From Lingula anatina (lineage: Eukaryota > Animalia > Brachiopoda), in the NCBI GenBank assembly GCA_051362555.1, contig CM120640.1, positions 40,960,788-41,024,787 of the forward strand: a stretch of DNA of 64,000 nucleotides, given 5' to 3'. The position numbers and the translations under genes are program-made. Below are positions 30,860 through 49,000 of the stretch, piece by piece; position 1 is the first letter of the stretch, and every line of letters starts with the position of its first letter. The notes beneath the pieces were generated by a model. That model worked only from the letters and a program-made list of their open reading frames with translations, searched no databases and had not been told where the DNA came from.

Positions 30860-33800
30860 AATTTGATATAAAACTAACAGAAAAATATCAAGAAGCCCAC
30901 CCACCGTCTTTAATGATAATGCACCTCGAATGAGAATGATTAACATTTAAGTTTTTAAAAAGACATTGCCTTTTATTGATTAGACGTGCCGGGAACTATG
31001 GAGGTATTTTGGACACTAAAAACAAAATGATATCAGACAAAAGTAGAATATTGAATTCAACTTTATCCCTTCAGACTCATCCGTTTGTTCACGCCGTCGT
31101 CAATATTAGCCCAATGATCCAGTTAGCTCCAAACCATTTTAGATTCCGTTGACCCATCGTGTTCATTTTAATAAATAAAATTCTGCCTCTCGATCTTCGA
31201 TCTTTCTCTTGTAATTCGCAGTATCAGTCGTTCCCTCCCCGGCACTTATTGCCAACGATGTGGTGAATTATCGGCCGGATTATCGCAAGGCCTGTGCCAG
31301 AAAATTAGATTTCAAACATATTTGCTTCGCATTCCACTGTAATTTTTTCCTGCTTTTATTTTCATTTCATATGTGCGGCAACTCTTGAGACTTAAGTCGA
31401 GGTTAAATCAACTTATTCATCGATCTTTTTACAGCGATGGAACGATGTCATAAAAGCCACGAAAAATTGAACCCGGGGCGAGACCGTTGCTATGAACAAG
31501 GGCGCTGAGCAACGGCGAGTGAAAGGTTGAAAAAACAATCACCGTGGAACTGGGGACTCATCCGTTACTTTTTCATTTATCAAAATCCAAAGACTTGTCA
31601 ATTTTTTTCCTTTTGACTTTTTGCTTCTCAGGTTCAAACTGCGAAAAGAAATTACGCCTCAGTGCTCTCCGAGGAACTCTCACCAACCGGAGGTGGGGCT
31701 TGTATCATAATCGCATCAGAAGCAAAGTCGAAAACCAATTCACGAAGGTCGTCGATTAATTAATTGAATTCAAGAAGGAGTTGATCCTGTGTGTCTTAAG
31801 ATCATTTCCATTTGAGCCTTTGACCGCACGTTCCTTTTTTATTTCGTAAAAGTTCACCCTGTAACATAAGTACGGACAAAATATTTACCCGATACACATG
31901 CCCTTTGAGTCCACAGAGATTCTGTAGTCGGTAACAAGATGCGACCGTAATAAGAGAACAATGAGAAGTTGAGATGATTCAAATGAAGAAAATAGACAAA
32001 TGAAAGTGACACAATGAAAGATATATAGACAACGAGGCATATACCCGGTAGATGCTTAAATAAAATATTCTATGTGTGTTTCAAAGTCTGCGAATACCAC
32101 ATACGTTTTCACTCAAATGTGCACTGTGTCTATGATAATAAATACTGTTCTCTCAACTGCCTATTTATCTATTTTCAAAAATTCCAACTGTTCTATAGGA
32201 ACGTCGAGCTCGAAAGAATATAATAGAACTAAAGAATATTTTTTGCGTGGTTTTAAAAAAGAAAATTAAGGTCGATCCTCTAAACAATGGTCTGTGTTGT
32301 CCTATGAACAGTTGCACGGATATGAATGAAAAGACGGAACCATTGTGAGTAAAACGTAGTCATTATTGGCGAGGTTTTTAAGCAAATGACGTGGTATCCA
32401 AAAGTCCAATTATCAACACATCAAGTTCACTGCCCACAAACTGCTATTACATTCAATCCACGATAGCCGTAAGCTATCACGTTAGCTTCATAATGTTTCG
32501 CTTGTTGTGTACAAATAACGACTTCCGACTATATATTTATATAATATGTTTTTGTTTATGAAATGGTAAAAATGATCGAGGTTGATCTGTTTATTCTTCT
32601 CAGATAACACCGGAGTATGTGGTCAATAACGCGCATCGTCTCCAGACGGACGGTCCAGGCTTCTTGTCATCCGCTGAAGACATTTGTAAGTATCACTCGT
32701 TGATTTTTTATGTGATTTATTTATAATTGTAAAAATTATTATCACCAGTGCCAGTTATCTCTTTAAAAATTCATAATGTTTCAAATTGACGATTCCATAA
32801 TTTAATATTTTGAACAGTGTTGATACACAAGCGATTCGAAAAAGATAAAAGACGGGTATGTGTTATATTCAAGCCTTTGTTATTTCTCATTATCCATCTG
32901 TTAAAAAAATAGTAACAACTTCATGTTGCCACATTATTTCCGAGAATCTCAAAAAGAATACTTTTCTGACTACACGCTTTACTCTTTCCTGACTTATTTT
33001 GAGACAAAAACGAGAGGCTTGATTTTCCACATTTTTACATGGACCATTCCACCTTTTCCCGATGTTTCCTTCTTTCTTTATCCTAAAACGATCATACCAC
33101 TTTGTTATAAATAAATAATCAATAAATAACCAAAATATGTAAAGAAAACCCCTCTTCATGATATCAACCTCTTCGACAATGCGGTCGTTTATCACAAAGA
33201 GAAGTCATTAAAAGTTGTGATTTCTAGTATTGCTGGAGGAGGTGTTGGAAGCGGTGTCTGGAGACGTTGCTTTATGTCCAGGTATCGTGTTGGCGCGGAG
33301 CAGTGCGTCGTACTGCGGGTTTGGGGCGGCCGGAGGCTTGCCTTCGTAACGTGTCGCTTTGGGGGCAGACCACTATTGGATGCGGTCGCTCATGCGACGT
33401 GGCACGCCTGGGACCCCTTCATTCGATGCTAGCGTGTCGATATGCCCCTCAGAAACAAATGAAACAATAATGATGTTATTACTTTTTAAAAAATGAATTG
33501 AATTAATCTGCAACTGTTGTTTCTTTATATTTCAATTAACGCCACTGGTCTATACTGCTGTCTGTTTTTGTGTTTTTTGGACTTAAAGTTTGCTTATGTA
33601 TTTAATCTTAGAATACACCACGTAAAAAAATTAAAGTTTCTTTGCTATCAATGAATTTTGGATCATTTCGCAGGATATATGATCCAAAATGTTTTTTTTT
33701 TTTGACATCCCTTTAAAGAAAAAGTACCACAACTTGAGCATCACTCAAACCATGGGAAATTATTTTGCGCAACCTACCATAAACGTGCCATTTAAACTGC

Positions 33801-33986
33801 AAAAATCTGAAATGCCTGATCAGCATAAAAAATGGTGAGAACCGCCTCTCGAGATAAAAGTATTGCAACCCGATTCATATCACTTCTAAAACAATAACTT
33901 CATACTAAAATGACTATAAATATGATTAGATCGTTTGAGGTTACGATAGAAGGTACGAGAGTTCACTCGAACCACGTCTGTCCTAC

Positions 33987-34219
33987 TATATAAAGCAAAG
34001 CCGGGGCAAAGTGGCTTCTAGTTGGAGCGAAGGCCGCGCGTCCAGGGCAAGGGTACAGTCAACTCTCAGAGGTCTAATGGGGATTGTTTCCTGATTCAGA
34101 AGCAAGCTAATGTATCTTTCCGCTCTCGCCACGAAATCTGTGCTGAAAGAGACGGCAGGTTGAACTGGCCCCGGAGTACGCAGGCCCGCCCCAAGAGTCA
34201 GCGTAAATTACAGGTGAGA
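33987..34219 (+). promoter_or_regulatory. Putative TATA promoter and non-coding first exon (candidate distal COE exon 1a, ~34020-34213)
   Basis: TATATAAAG from 33987, Inr-like TCTAGTT about 33 nt downstream, GC/CpG-rich ~190-nt segment ending in donor CAG|GTGAGA at 34213/34214. Confidence 0.5.
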
Positions 34220-37200
34220 CGGTTGCGGATGCAGAATTGGTCGCGCGAGACCACGGCAACGCTCTGAAATTCGCACAGCGGTGCGATGAATTATTACCCA
34301 CTTTTCCGAGATTAGTTGTTATATTTTCATCCTCCCTTGTCGTCGATGTTTTATGAATGAACAATTGTCGAGGAGGTATAATTAGTTAAGGAGTCGAAAT
34401 GTAAAACAAAGAAATCCCTGGTACATAATTTATTTCCATGCGTTAATTGATACTTTGGGATTTTTGTGTAATCCTTACTGTGGCAAGGTGTACTTAGATG
34501 TGCGGTTTCGGAGAGCAAAACAAATCAGTGCTGTTGCTTCACTTGGAGCTATGCAGTCCCTCTGTGATGATCTTAGAATAATTATTCGTGCAGTCGATGT
34601 TAAGTAGACTTTCAATGTATCATATTTTGCGTGCAATTCCTACCTCAGTATAAGATTTTTAAAGCTTTCCACCAACCTGGTCTTGCTCTCTTTTAAGGTT
34701 TTTATCTATCTGTTAAATCTATTTTTTTTTTTTTGGGGGGGGGGGTTGCATTTGTTTTCAATCAAACATTTTTATGGCGGTTGAAAAAGAGATGTTACTG
34801 AATGTGCGTGTTATTTAGACATTTGACATTTGTAATTTGGGTGGTTTAACAAGATAGCTTCACCGCAGCAGTTCAGTAATAACATCTCTTTCACTATCTT
34901 GCAAAGTCTATTTGTAATGGAGGCAGCGATGGAATTGGGAGATAGTGATTGAAGTACATAAACCAATATTTGCTTAATTAATCTTTATGGAAACAACATA
35001 ATCTTCAAAACATTACCACGCATAAAGCTTTCTCCAGATAATCAACCAATAATATATCTACAAATAGAGTTACATATTTTAAAAAGTTGAAAATCGTTAT
35101 CATATATATTTGCTCAAAATAAATAAATAATATAAAAGAAAAGAAAAGAAATAGGTATTTAATTTTTTTTCTGTATCGTCTACAAATTTTAAAGGTTCGG
35201 TATTATATTTGAAAATAATTTTAAATAGAAAACACAGAAGTTATTGTAATAAATGAAGAAGCAACAGACCAATACACAAAATCATAAGTCAAAATGAGAG
35301 TATTAGGGGGAAGTCAGAAAGAATAAAGACCTGGCAAATACACAAAATTTACTACAATTTAAATTAACAAAATCAAGAAGTATTAACACTTCTTAATATG
35401 CGCAAATGTCGATAAAAAAGCAAGTGTACAAAAAAAAAGCAAAATTTATTAGGAAGACGTTACACACGAGAGTAAATCCGAACCTTTCATCACTCATTTT
35501 CAATGTTATTATTCTTCGTATATTTCAGTTATATAGGAAACCCGTATTACTATTTTCCAGACTCAATTTGATAAGCCATTGACAAGGAGAACATCTAGGT
35601 AATGGCATCGTACAACACACACTAGAATTACCTTTACACAGGGACAAAAATAAACACTAGATTTACATGCACAATATTGTGACATACAATGAAAACGCTA
35701 TAGAGATACATAACATAAGAACACAATTGCCGAAGTAGTAGTCCGCGTATAAGAATATAACCAAATACGTATATGGTGTTTTACGCATAAGATTTACGCT
35801 TGGGTACATCTGAAGCCAATATATGCTTTTGGCTTACATTTATATCTAGCAGACACGTGTGAATACAATTAGTTAGTAATATACAAGTACGGTTCTCATA
35901 AGTAAAAAAAGACGAATAGTAGGGCCTACCGTAAGTATTACGCGTCTCAGAAAATTTATATCTTATACCAATACCTACTGAGATAAAATAAACTTCTACA
36001 ATATAGCGTCTTAATTTTTTATGAAATCAGTAACAAAATGCTATTTCTTAGCCATAAGGTAGGTAACCATTGATCCTTTTTTACGTTAAGTTATATAAAA
36101 AATGTAATTACACATATTTGATATACCTATACCTGTTGTTCGAAGTCTGGTGATTTATGCCCCACCTTCTATGATTGCATAACTATTACGTGATAAAAAC
36201 ATAAATGTAATCACAAAACAGAGCTAACATTTTATTGATAATTCTCCGCCATATTATGAACTGTTTTGCACCAATTTCGAAGTCATGCGGCTGAAATCAG
36301 AACAACGTTACTTTCCTCGTTCATCACTTTCAGTTTCTATGAAAGATGTGCGAATCAGTCACTGAAATGATGATATTGATTCTATTTTTTTTACTCAAAA
36401 CAGCCATATATACATTAATATACCAAACCAATTTTATAAACACATAAGTAGCTTACCATAAAAAATATTTAATAATGTTCACAATGTTTTTTTACATTTT
36501 TATAAAGATACTGTGTCTGTAAATATAAATTTTTTTATCAAAATCCTAAAAAGTGACAAAATGACAATTAACAACATGCTAACAGGCACAAACCAAACTT
36601 CAGCAAATGTAATCAAAACCCACATCTTTTTCATGCGTGAAAAAAAAGGAGTTTGAAGACGCAATCACTCGTTGATTCAACAAATTTGCCAATATAATTC
36701 TTAAATAGCCAATATCTCATTATCAATGCGATTCTTAAGAAATTATGACAGCATCATTTAAAAAAACCAATGCAACTGTTTCTCGTCGAATGGAAGAAAT
36801 GAGTATCACTGTGGAGCTTTTATAATACACGCTTGGGATGTGCCCTTTACTACTCAGTACGAGTATAGTGTAGCCGGAACAATTAAACACTTCATGTCAC
36901 TCTTTTTATGAAATGTTTTTCCCCTACAAACAAAAGTTCTATACTTCGGATACATTTTACACAATTTTTACACAAACTAATGTAATGCTGAATTTTAAAA
37001 TTGGCCAAGTTGCTAGTTTCTGTTGAGGTAAGTTTTACCTTATACACATAAGGGACGCCTCAATGTACGCGCGTATAGGTGAACATCATAATTCTTAAAA
37101 TACTTTCCATAGAGGAAAATAAACGAACAAACACAAGATAAAACAGACTACATTGTTACCGTGTAATTATTCCACTCAAAAATTATCTACAGAAAAAACA

Positions 37201-37589
37201 ACCTTTGTTTATATGAGCGCATGATATCAAACATGTTTTAAGAACATTAAAATTATTTTTAAATTATAAAAATCACAATATTTCTCCAATTTTTTAGAGT
37301 AACAATCAAACTGCTTTCAAATGTCACCGACCTCCTTTAGCGAATTCATTGATTATTATTATGATGACTTCTCGGCCATGTTTCATACCGAAGCGGAACA
37401 TATCGTTCTCCCCATAAATTAGAGAAAATATATGTAGCATGGCTATGAAAAGTACAAGTGCCTAGATTTAGCAGTATAACATTATAACTTCTCGATTATT
37501 TCCTACAATCTCTCAACTACCCATATCTCCTATCTTTGCACTTTATTTAATAATAGGCTAAAAAAAGCGAAGACTTCCACTTACGTTTG

Positions 37590-37940
37590 ACAAGCGACGT
37601 CACGTTACGTCAGCGCAACTATCCATCCAAAGCCTCATACCTCAATTCAATCAGGTTTTGATTAATTTAATATTCCTGTGATTCATTGGGCCGCGCGCTG
37701 GCGTGCCGCTGTGTGTCGGCATAACTGCACTGAATGTGTGAAAGAAAATCGATGAAAAGCATATGATAATATTATGTGAGAATTGTGGCAATTTCCTGAC
37801 GCGATTGGCTGAGGGAGCTACAGGCCCCACCTCTTGAACTGCTTATGCATTTATCCCATTCTCTGATTGGTTACTGTGTAAGTATTTTGACAGATTGTGA
37901 TCAAGTCCTCCAGAGTCCCAGATCTGTCCTCGGGGAATCG
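37590..37940 (+). promoter_or_regulatory. Proximal COE promoter: tandem CRE-like sites, three reverse CCAAT boxes, COE-like site
   Basis: CGACGTCA 37595-37602, TTACGTCA 37605-37612; ATTGG at 37685, 37804 and 37866 (CTGATTGGTT); TCCTCGGGGA 37927-37936; CpG-rich; 300-650 bp upstream of the ATG. Confidence 0.55.
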
Positions 37941-38238
37941 ACACAGCATTGCCAGAAACTTTACAGCAACAAAAAGCAGCGTCCACAGAGACTTCACGCC
38001 ACTAGCTGTTTGTGGACCAGAGAAGGGCATTTAGATTGGAACCTCTAAGGCTCGGACTTGTACTCTTTCTTTTTCAGTAGTCCCCGTTCCTGATGTTCCA
38101 ATCCGAGTGTCAGAGTACCTGACTGGACTGTGGGATTTACGCTGGATAAAAACTATAATCTGCCTGGCAGCAGTTTACTTTTCTCGCTCCTCGGCGCACC
38201 ATCATTAGCGGATTGGCAAGGTGGACTGTGGATCGTTC

Positions 38239-42785
<4,547 letters not shown>

Positions 42786-45719
42786 TAGGAAATATATGCT
42801 ATTTTTTACCGAAACATATCACATTGACATTTGTCAGGCGTATCAATATTTTCATATTTTGTGTCAATTATAGAGGTAACTTATGGTTGGGGTCTTATCA
42901 TTTGACCCTGTCACTTTGGATATGCGGTATTTTCTTCTAGCCTTGCACCCACCACTGTAGAACCTAATTCGTTGTTAGATGTATAGTCTGTTGATAAAAA
43001 TAAAATTCAAAGACTCCATCTCTATAGAGATACAGCTTCCCCGAGCAGGGGGCAGAATTAAAAACGGTCAAGGCGTTTAGAGCAATTTCATGATCTAGAT
43101 TTTTTTACAAACAGCTTATTTAAAAACAGAAGCATGCGGGTTACAAAAGCAAGACATAATGCATATGTTAGATTAGGATGTGCCACAATTTAAAAAAAAA
43201 GTCTTAATGAGTTGAACAAAGTCCTCTTGCTGGTAAACCTATGCATACATTTTGTAGATGGCTATACTTGAAAATAAACACAGCTCTATCGGTACCTACA
43301 ATCCAGAACTCTATCGTTTTCTGTAAATAAGTCGATTTATAAAACTTATAGCTGAAAAGATCCTTACAGTATGGGCCTTAACATATTAGCTCATTCAAAC
43401 CCCCAATAAGATTTAAAGAGGTGCATATATACTCCCATAGGCCTATTACCTCCAGTCTCAAACTGCCGCAACAAGCTCTGCATTCGGAGACGTTCGAATA
43501 AGAGGCGCTGGTGCAAAATATCTATAGAAGAAAAAAAAGAAGTCTTTACTTAGTCTTTTTGAAACGTCCAAAGATTATTCATTTATGTATCTATTGAAAT
43601 TCAAGAATAAATTTTCAATAGAAATCTCCGATCGTCATCGTGACACATGAAAACATAATTTCCATTTCTCTCGACTTGTTCGAGAACACTTACCCCATGC
43701 ACAGCGTAAACGCTAATCGAAAATGTTTTGAGTTAGAATTTTGGAATTTAGTAGGCGTAGAGATGCAGTAGTGAAATAATAGGACCTTTATGGCACGTTA
43801 TCGCTTGAAAAGAAGACCATAACTAAGTAGCGATGCCACAACAAAAAGCTGACAGAAAAGATACAACGACAATAAGTCGACAGAATCAGAATCAATATTG
43901 TTGAAATATAATCACATTACAGCACAAAAGTTGCTCCCGTATTCTCTCTAGTGGTATATAGGTTGATGTTGACATAACTTGAGATCATGTCAACACTTTT
44001 AACAAGATGACAATGGTCCAAAGCAAAAGAGCCCTCCCGGGAGGAGGAGTAATGGGCACTAATCTGCGCAGTTGAGTGGAAGACGCTCGACTTCAAAGTA
44101 AAGATAAGGAGCGTGGAGAGGATAATCCGGATCTTTTGTTGATCCAATCAAGTGGACAAACCATTATGATAGAAGGGGACGCTCTTCTGAGATTTCCAGG
44201 GGTGCTCTAAGCAAGTACCTTCTTCTGGGAGGCTCAAGGGCGAGGAAGAAGAAATGTGTACTCTGAATCACAACTTAGATCAGTCTACGATAACATAACG
44301 TACTATAGGATACAGGCATCATGTTTTGTATATTCTTTTAAATTCTATCAATATGTCGCGTGCATCATTTCTTTTTTCTTTCAATGCTCGTCTCATAACA
44401 GGTGCTTTCATTACCGAGACACCTCGTACAACATGGGGAGAGGGGTACATGGGATGGATAGCGGTGCGAAATAAATAACTCGAATTCAGCAATGGCGTGT
44501 ATGACTGTGCAATATAACTCAACTCTACTTCAATTATATCAGTTCTTAATCTTTTAAATTATCCGTTATATTTTGTTGTTTTTTTATAATTTCCTTGAAA
44601 CAAAATTAGGAATATTTTATACAAAACGAACATTTATCGAAGCAAACGTGTCAAACGTCAGGGAATTGATACATAATGTTAATGCTTTGCAACTAGAATA
44701 AATTGAACATTAAACAAATAAAGAGTATAAAGAAGTAAATAAACAAATATTTACTGTTGCATTTAATTAACTGTTAAACAATGGTTTATATTTGCCACAG
44801 CCTATATATGATATCTGTATATAATTATATAAAAAATAACACAATGTGCATTATTGTCACGTCTTAAAAAGTTGAATTAAGATTGTAATTGCATGACATG
44901 TGGGGCGAGTTGATCTCATTCATGGTAAAACTCAATGCAATTTAGTATTGCTGATGAACAAACAGCTGTTCCATATTTTAAAGGTCAATGGAACACACAC
45001 TCATTAAGATGAAGCACTACTTGAAAAGTAAGAGTAATATTTTATATGATTCTTATGAAAAAATATTTTTGACATTAATCTGAAAGTGTAGAATATGATT
45101 TGGGTTTATGCTAGATGTTTTGAATAGCTATCAGGAAATTATACATCACTAAAAAATGCAGGCAGACAGTTAACTATTAATCTTAAAATTATCAAATTGA
45201 ACTTAAGTAGAAGTTAACATTAATATGATGATAAATGATGCCTAATTGTATAGATGTCACAAAACATATTATGGAAGTATTACAAAACTACTGGTTTTAC
45301 AGCAAAACATTTCTTTTTTTTAAATTTTTTTTCTTAATCCATCTGATGCATTAAGGTTACAGTGTAACTGATTGATACTCCCCTTAATAGCCAGAAAGAT
45401 CACACAAGCCTGATATTCTGTACTCTTCTGGGATATGGTTTTTCATGATATATAGCATTCCTTAGGGTTACACCTTCCCCATGATCTGTACTGTCCCAGT
45501 GGGACTAGGCTAGTCATGACACACTTAGTTTTGAGTGCATGGGTTAAAGTGTTCCCGTGCATTAATTTATTATGCTTTTAAACTGGATATCATGAGGTCT
45601 AGTCTATATGTACAGACACAGAGCATTTGTACCAGTATTTCTAGCCAGCACTTGCACATGTCACCATTGGTGCATGTCATCATTGTCACCATCATGTTAG
45701 TTCAATAAATGTATAACCA

Positions 45720-46000
45720 TGTGACTTGTTACCCTTAAACTTACTACTGCATTTAATATCATAAAGATACAAGCCAAGTTTGGATATCCACTTTATTGGA
45801 CCTTTTTTTACAAAAGTTTTCCTTTTTTCCTTTTTTTTTCAGCATAAATTATAGTGTTTGTAATCCTTGTTAATACAATGAATGGATAACTCTATAACTT
45901 ATCCTCAAACTTCAAAGCATTAAATGCAGGCCAAGTTTGAACATTAGCTTTATTGGATCATTTTTCCACAAGTATTTTCTTTTTTTCACTAGAGTATAAA
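45720..46000. mobile_element. Degenerate non-autonomous repeat with ~157-bp internal repeat units (Helentron/MITE-like relic)
   Basis: CCAAGTTTG..(n)..CTTTATTGGA..TTTTT..CAA at 45774 and again at 45931. The family assignment is by resemblance to molluscan repeats only. Confidence 0.35.
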
Positions 46001-49000
46001 ACATATATTATATTTTATAAACATTCCTTAATGCATAAAATGCAAAAACTAAAGCGTTTATTTTCTCTAACCTACTGGACTAGTTTATAAAACTGAAGTA
46101 TGAGTTAATTTGTTTGACCTTATTTGTTTTTGCAAGTTCAAAAATTTATTTTAGCATTGAAGTCTTCTACTAAATGAAATTAATGCACTTGAGTAAGGGT
46201 AAACCTGGTAAATCAGCTTATTTAATACATATAGAGACGATTAACAACAGCTTTAATAAATAATTTTTCTTAACATTTATTTCTTGCAGCATCTTTTTTT
46301 AATGCTCAGGATATGAGTCAAAATTTCATATTATAACTTCCTGATATTTTCACAGTTCTGTTACTGAAAATGGTCTGTATATTTAACAGCTTTACTGCCT
46401 TGTTGTGATATTCATTCATACCTCTTACATTAACACCTGAATTATTCAGGTTAAAAGCAAAAACAAAAAAATTGGTTTTGTCATTGACGGATAATTTAAT
46501 AAAAAATACCATGCTAAAAAGATTTCATTTCATTAATTGCTATATTTTAATTATTAACATAGTATCTTTACATTTTCATGAAAAACTATATTTTCATTTC
46601 TGCCAAATGTGTCGGAAATGACAGCCTAACCAATAATACCATGACCTTGTGATATTGGCTGCTCTGTCACCATTCTCATCATTACATCAAGTGAATTCAC
46701 CCTTCTCGATCAACTCTTGCCTCGAGTCTCCATATAACTGCATACAGGACATGAATACTTGATGAGATATTATCACAAAGACAATTTAGAACATTTTGCT
46801 GGGAAACAGATATGGTGACATTCCCTATCTCCCGCGCACACATGAAGAAAGCACAATTTCCAATAATTGCCTTTACAGAGTAATCTGCTTCTTCAATAGT
46901 TAGCCGAGTGATCAATTTTATTCCTGATCAGAAGCTGATCTGCATGAAGTACTCAAAGACATGACTCACAGCTCTGTGCTGGGTTGCAGTTTCCTTCATG
47001 TATAACTGTGACAACATTTAATACTTCTTACTGGGAAGAAGTTGCAGAATACAGGAGAAAACAACAGAAGCTAGTCACAGCTGTCACTGGAAATGATAGT
47101 TCATTTTAAATAGCAAACTTCTCGATATTACACACCTTTTTTTGTCATAATAATGAGTCTAGATTAATTTTTACGTAAAACCATGACATTGTTGTAAAGC
47201 AAGTTCTTGAGAACAAAGGGAAGGATATGGTTAAACAATGGGTGCTTATTCTTATTTCATATTAGCACAAAGGCAAATCACAGAGGAAGTGTGTAGTAAA
47301 TGAAAAAGGGTATTTATTAACATAAATGCAGTATGGACCATACCAAGTGATAAAAAAGGTAGAAATTAAAAAAAACTAGTAAGTAATGTAAAAGTGAAAA
47401 TTAAATGAAAATCATTCAAGAGAGCCCAAAGTCTTGGATGTTGTTTAAAAACAAATAAGATTTCATGGTATTAGGAAGAGAGTGCGGCTAGCACATTGAA
47501 AAAAAAGGTTGTATGATGTCATACAGTTTCGACAGCTTTGTTTTAGGCTTTTGCGAATGATTCCATTCTGATCAATTAAAGTGAGCAATCACAGTTAAAA
47601 AAACATAAGTGAGAAAGGTTTTAAAAGGCACTGTTTTCATACTACAGATAATTCACCATTACATTTTTTAGTGCAAAGAATAATATCATTATGTAAAATT
47701 TCTAATAAATTTTGAAGTATGCTTGTTTCATTTAAAATTCAAGTGCAATTATTTCAATACTGACACAGCCATGAATGATAAAATGTAGTAGCGATAAATG
47801 TACTAGAGAAGAAAGTAGACTGGACAATAGACAATATATATTGGACCTAGAGCCAAGTCCCTTCCCCCCCATGGAAATGACTTGTTCACATATGGGTAAT
47901 TATGGAAATAAAGAACAACAACTAATGGAAAATTGGTGTGCAGATCCCTATGCAAGCCCCACAATATGCATAAATTAAATCAGAACATATTAAATATCTT
48001 CTAGGAAAATTTGTCTGGATAAAATATCCTTAAATGATTCATATATATGTATGATTAAAAAAATATTCATTTGGAGCTTTCTCATCAGAATATTTTTAAT
48101 GTTTTGAATTATTTCTTTTGACTAAAGTATATTTTTAGACTTGAGTCATCTACTGGTAAAGCACTATACTGCTGCCATTTGGATATCAGGCTGTGACTTT
48201 CTCAAGTTATGGCAGGAAGCAGTTAATGCAAATGGCATTTTCAGTTGCAAGTGGCTGAGCACTTCATTAGATGATGAGCATGATTATTAACATTGAAATA
48301 AAAATGCACTACCAATATAATAAACACGTGCAGTCAGTTTAGGTCAATTGCAAAGCACTCCTGATGACTTTGTGCCATAACAGAAACAATAAAAGCAAAC
48401 AAGCAAATAAATTGGAGACATAACACTCAAGTACTTGATGTAGGACTGTAGGTCTCATCACCATCGTTGGAGGTTAATGGCAGTGATCAAAGTGATTAGG
48501 CGCCAGAAATGGACAAAAATGTTAGTGTCTAAATTGCAAAAAGCAATCGGGTGATTGAAGTATCTTTCTGCTCCAACAGCTTTTGCCCTTTATCATCGAG
48601 CATCATGCACTTAAACAGAGGGGCCAAAATTGTCAAAGCAGCCAAGCATATACACCTGATTCTGACAAAAAATTGCAAATAAAGAGAATTTTTTAACAAG
48701 GGATTTCCAAACTTGTAAAGATTGTTTCCCTGTAGTCCATAAAACAATTTGAAACATGAGTTTTCAAATGATAAAGGTTATGACTGGGACCAAATGATGC
48801 AGAATCTGACTTTTTTCAGAGTTAATCTGTTTTCCCTTCATCATTGTTTAGGCAACAGCACCTTTATAATCTAAAGGTCAGCTATTAACAGATTAAGATA
48901 CATCTTTGTTGATGTAATCATCACAAATGTCAGCCACACGAGACATGTTTTTTTTAAACATTAAATGAAGAAAAAAAATATTTCACTGATCAAAATCATC

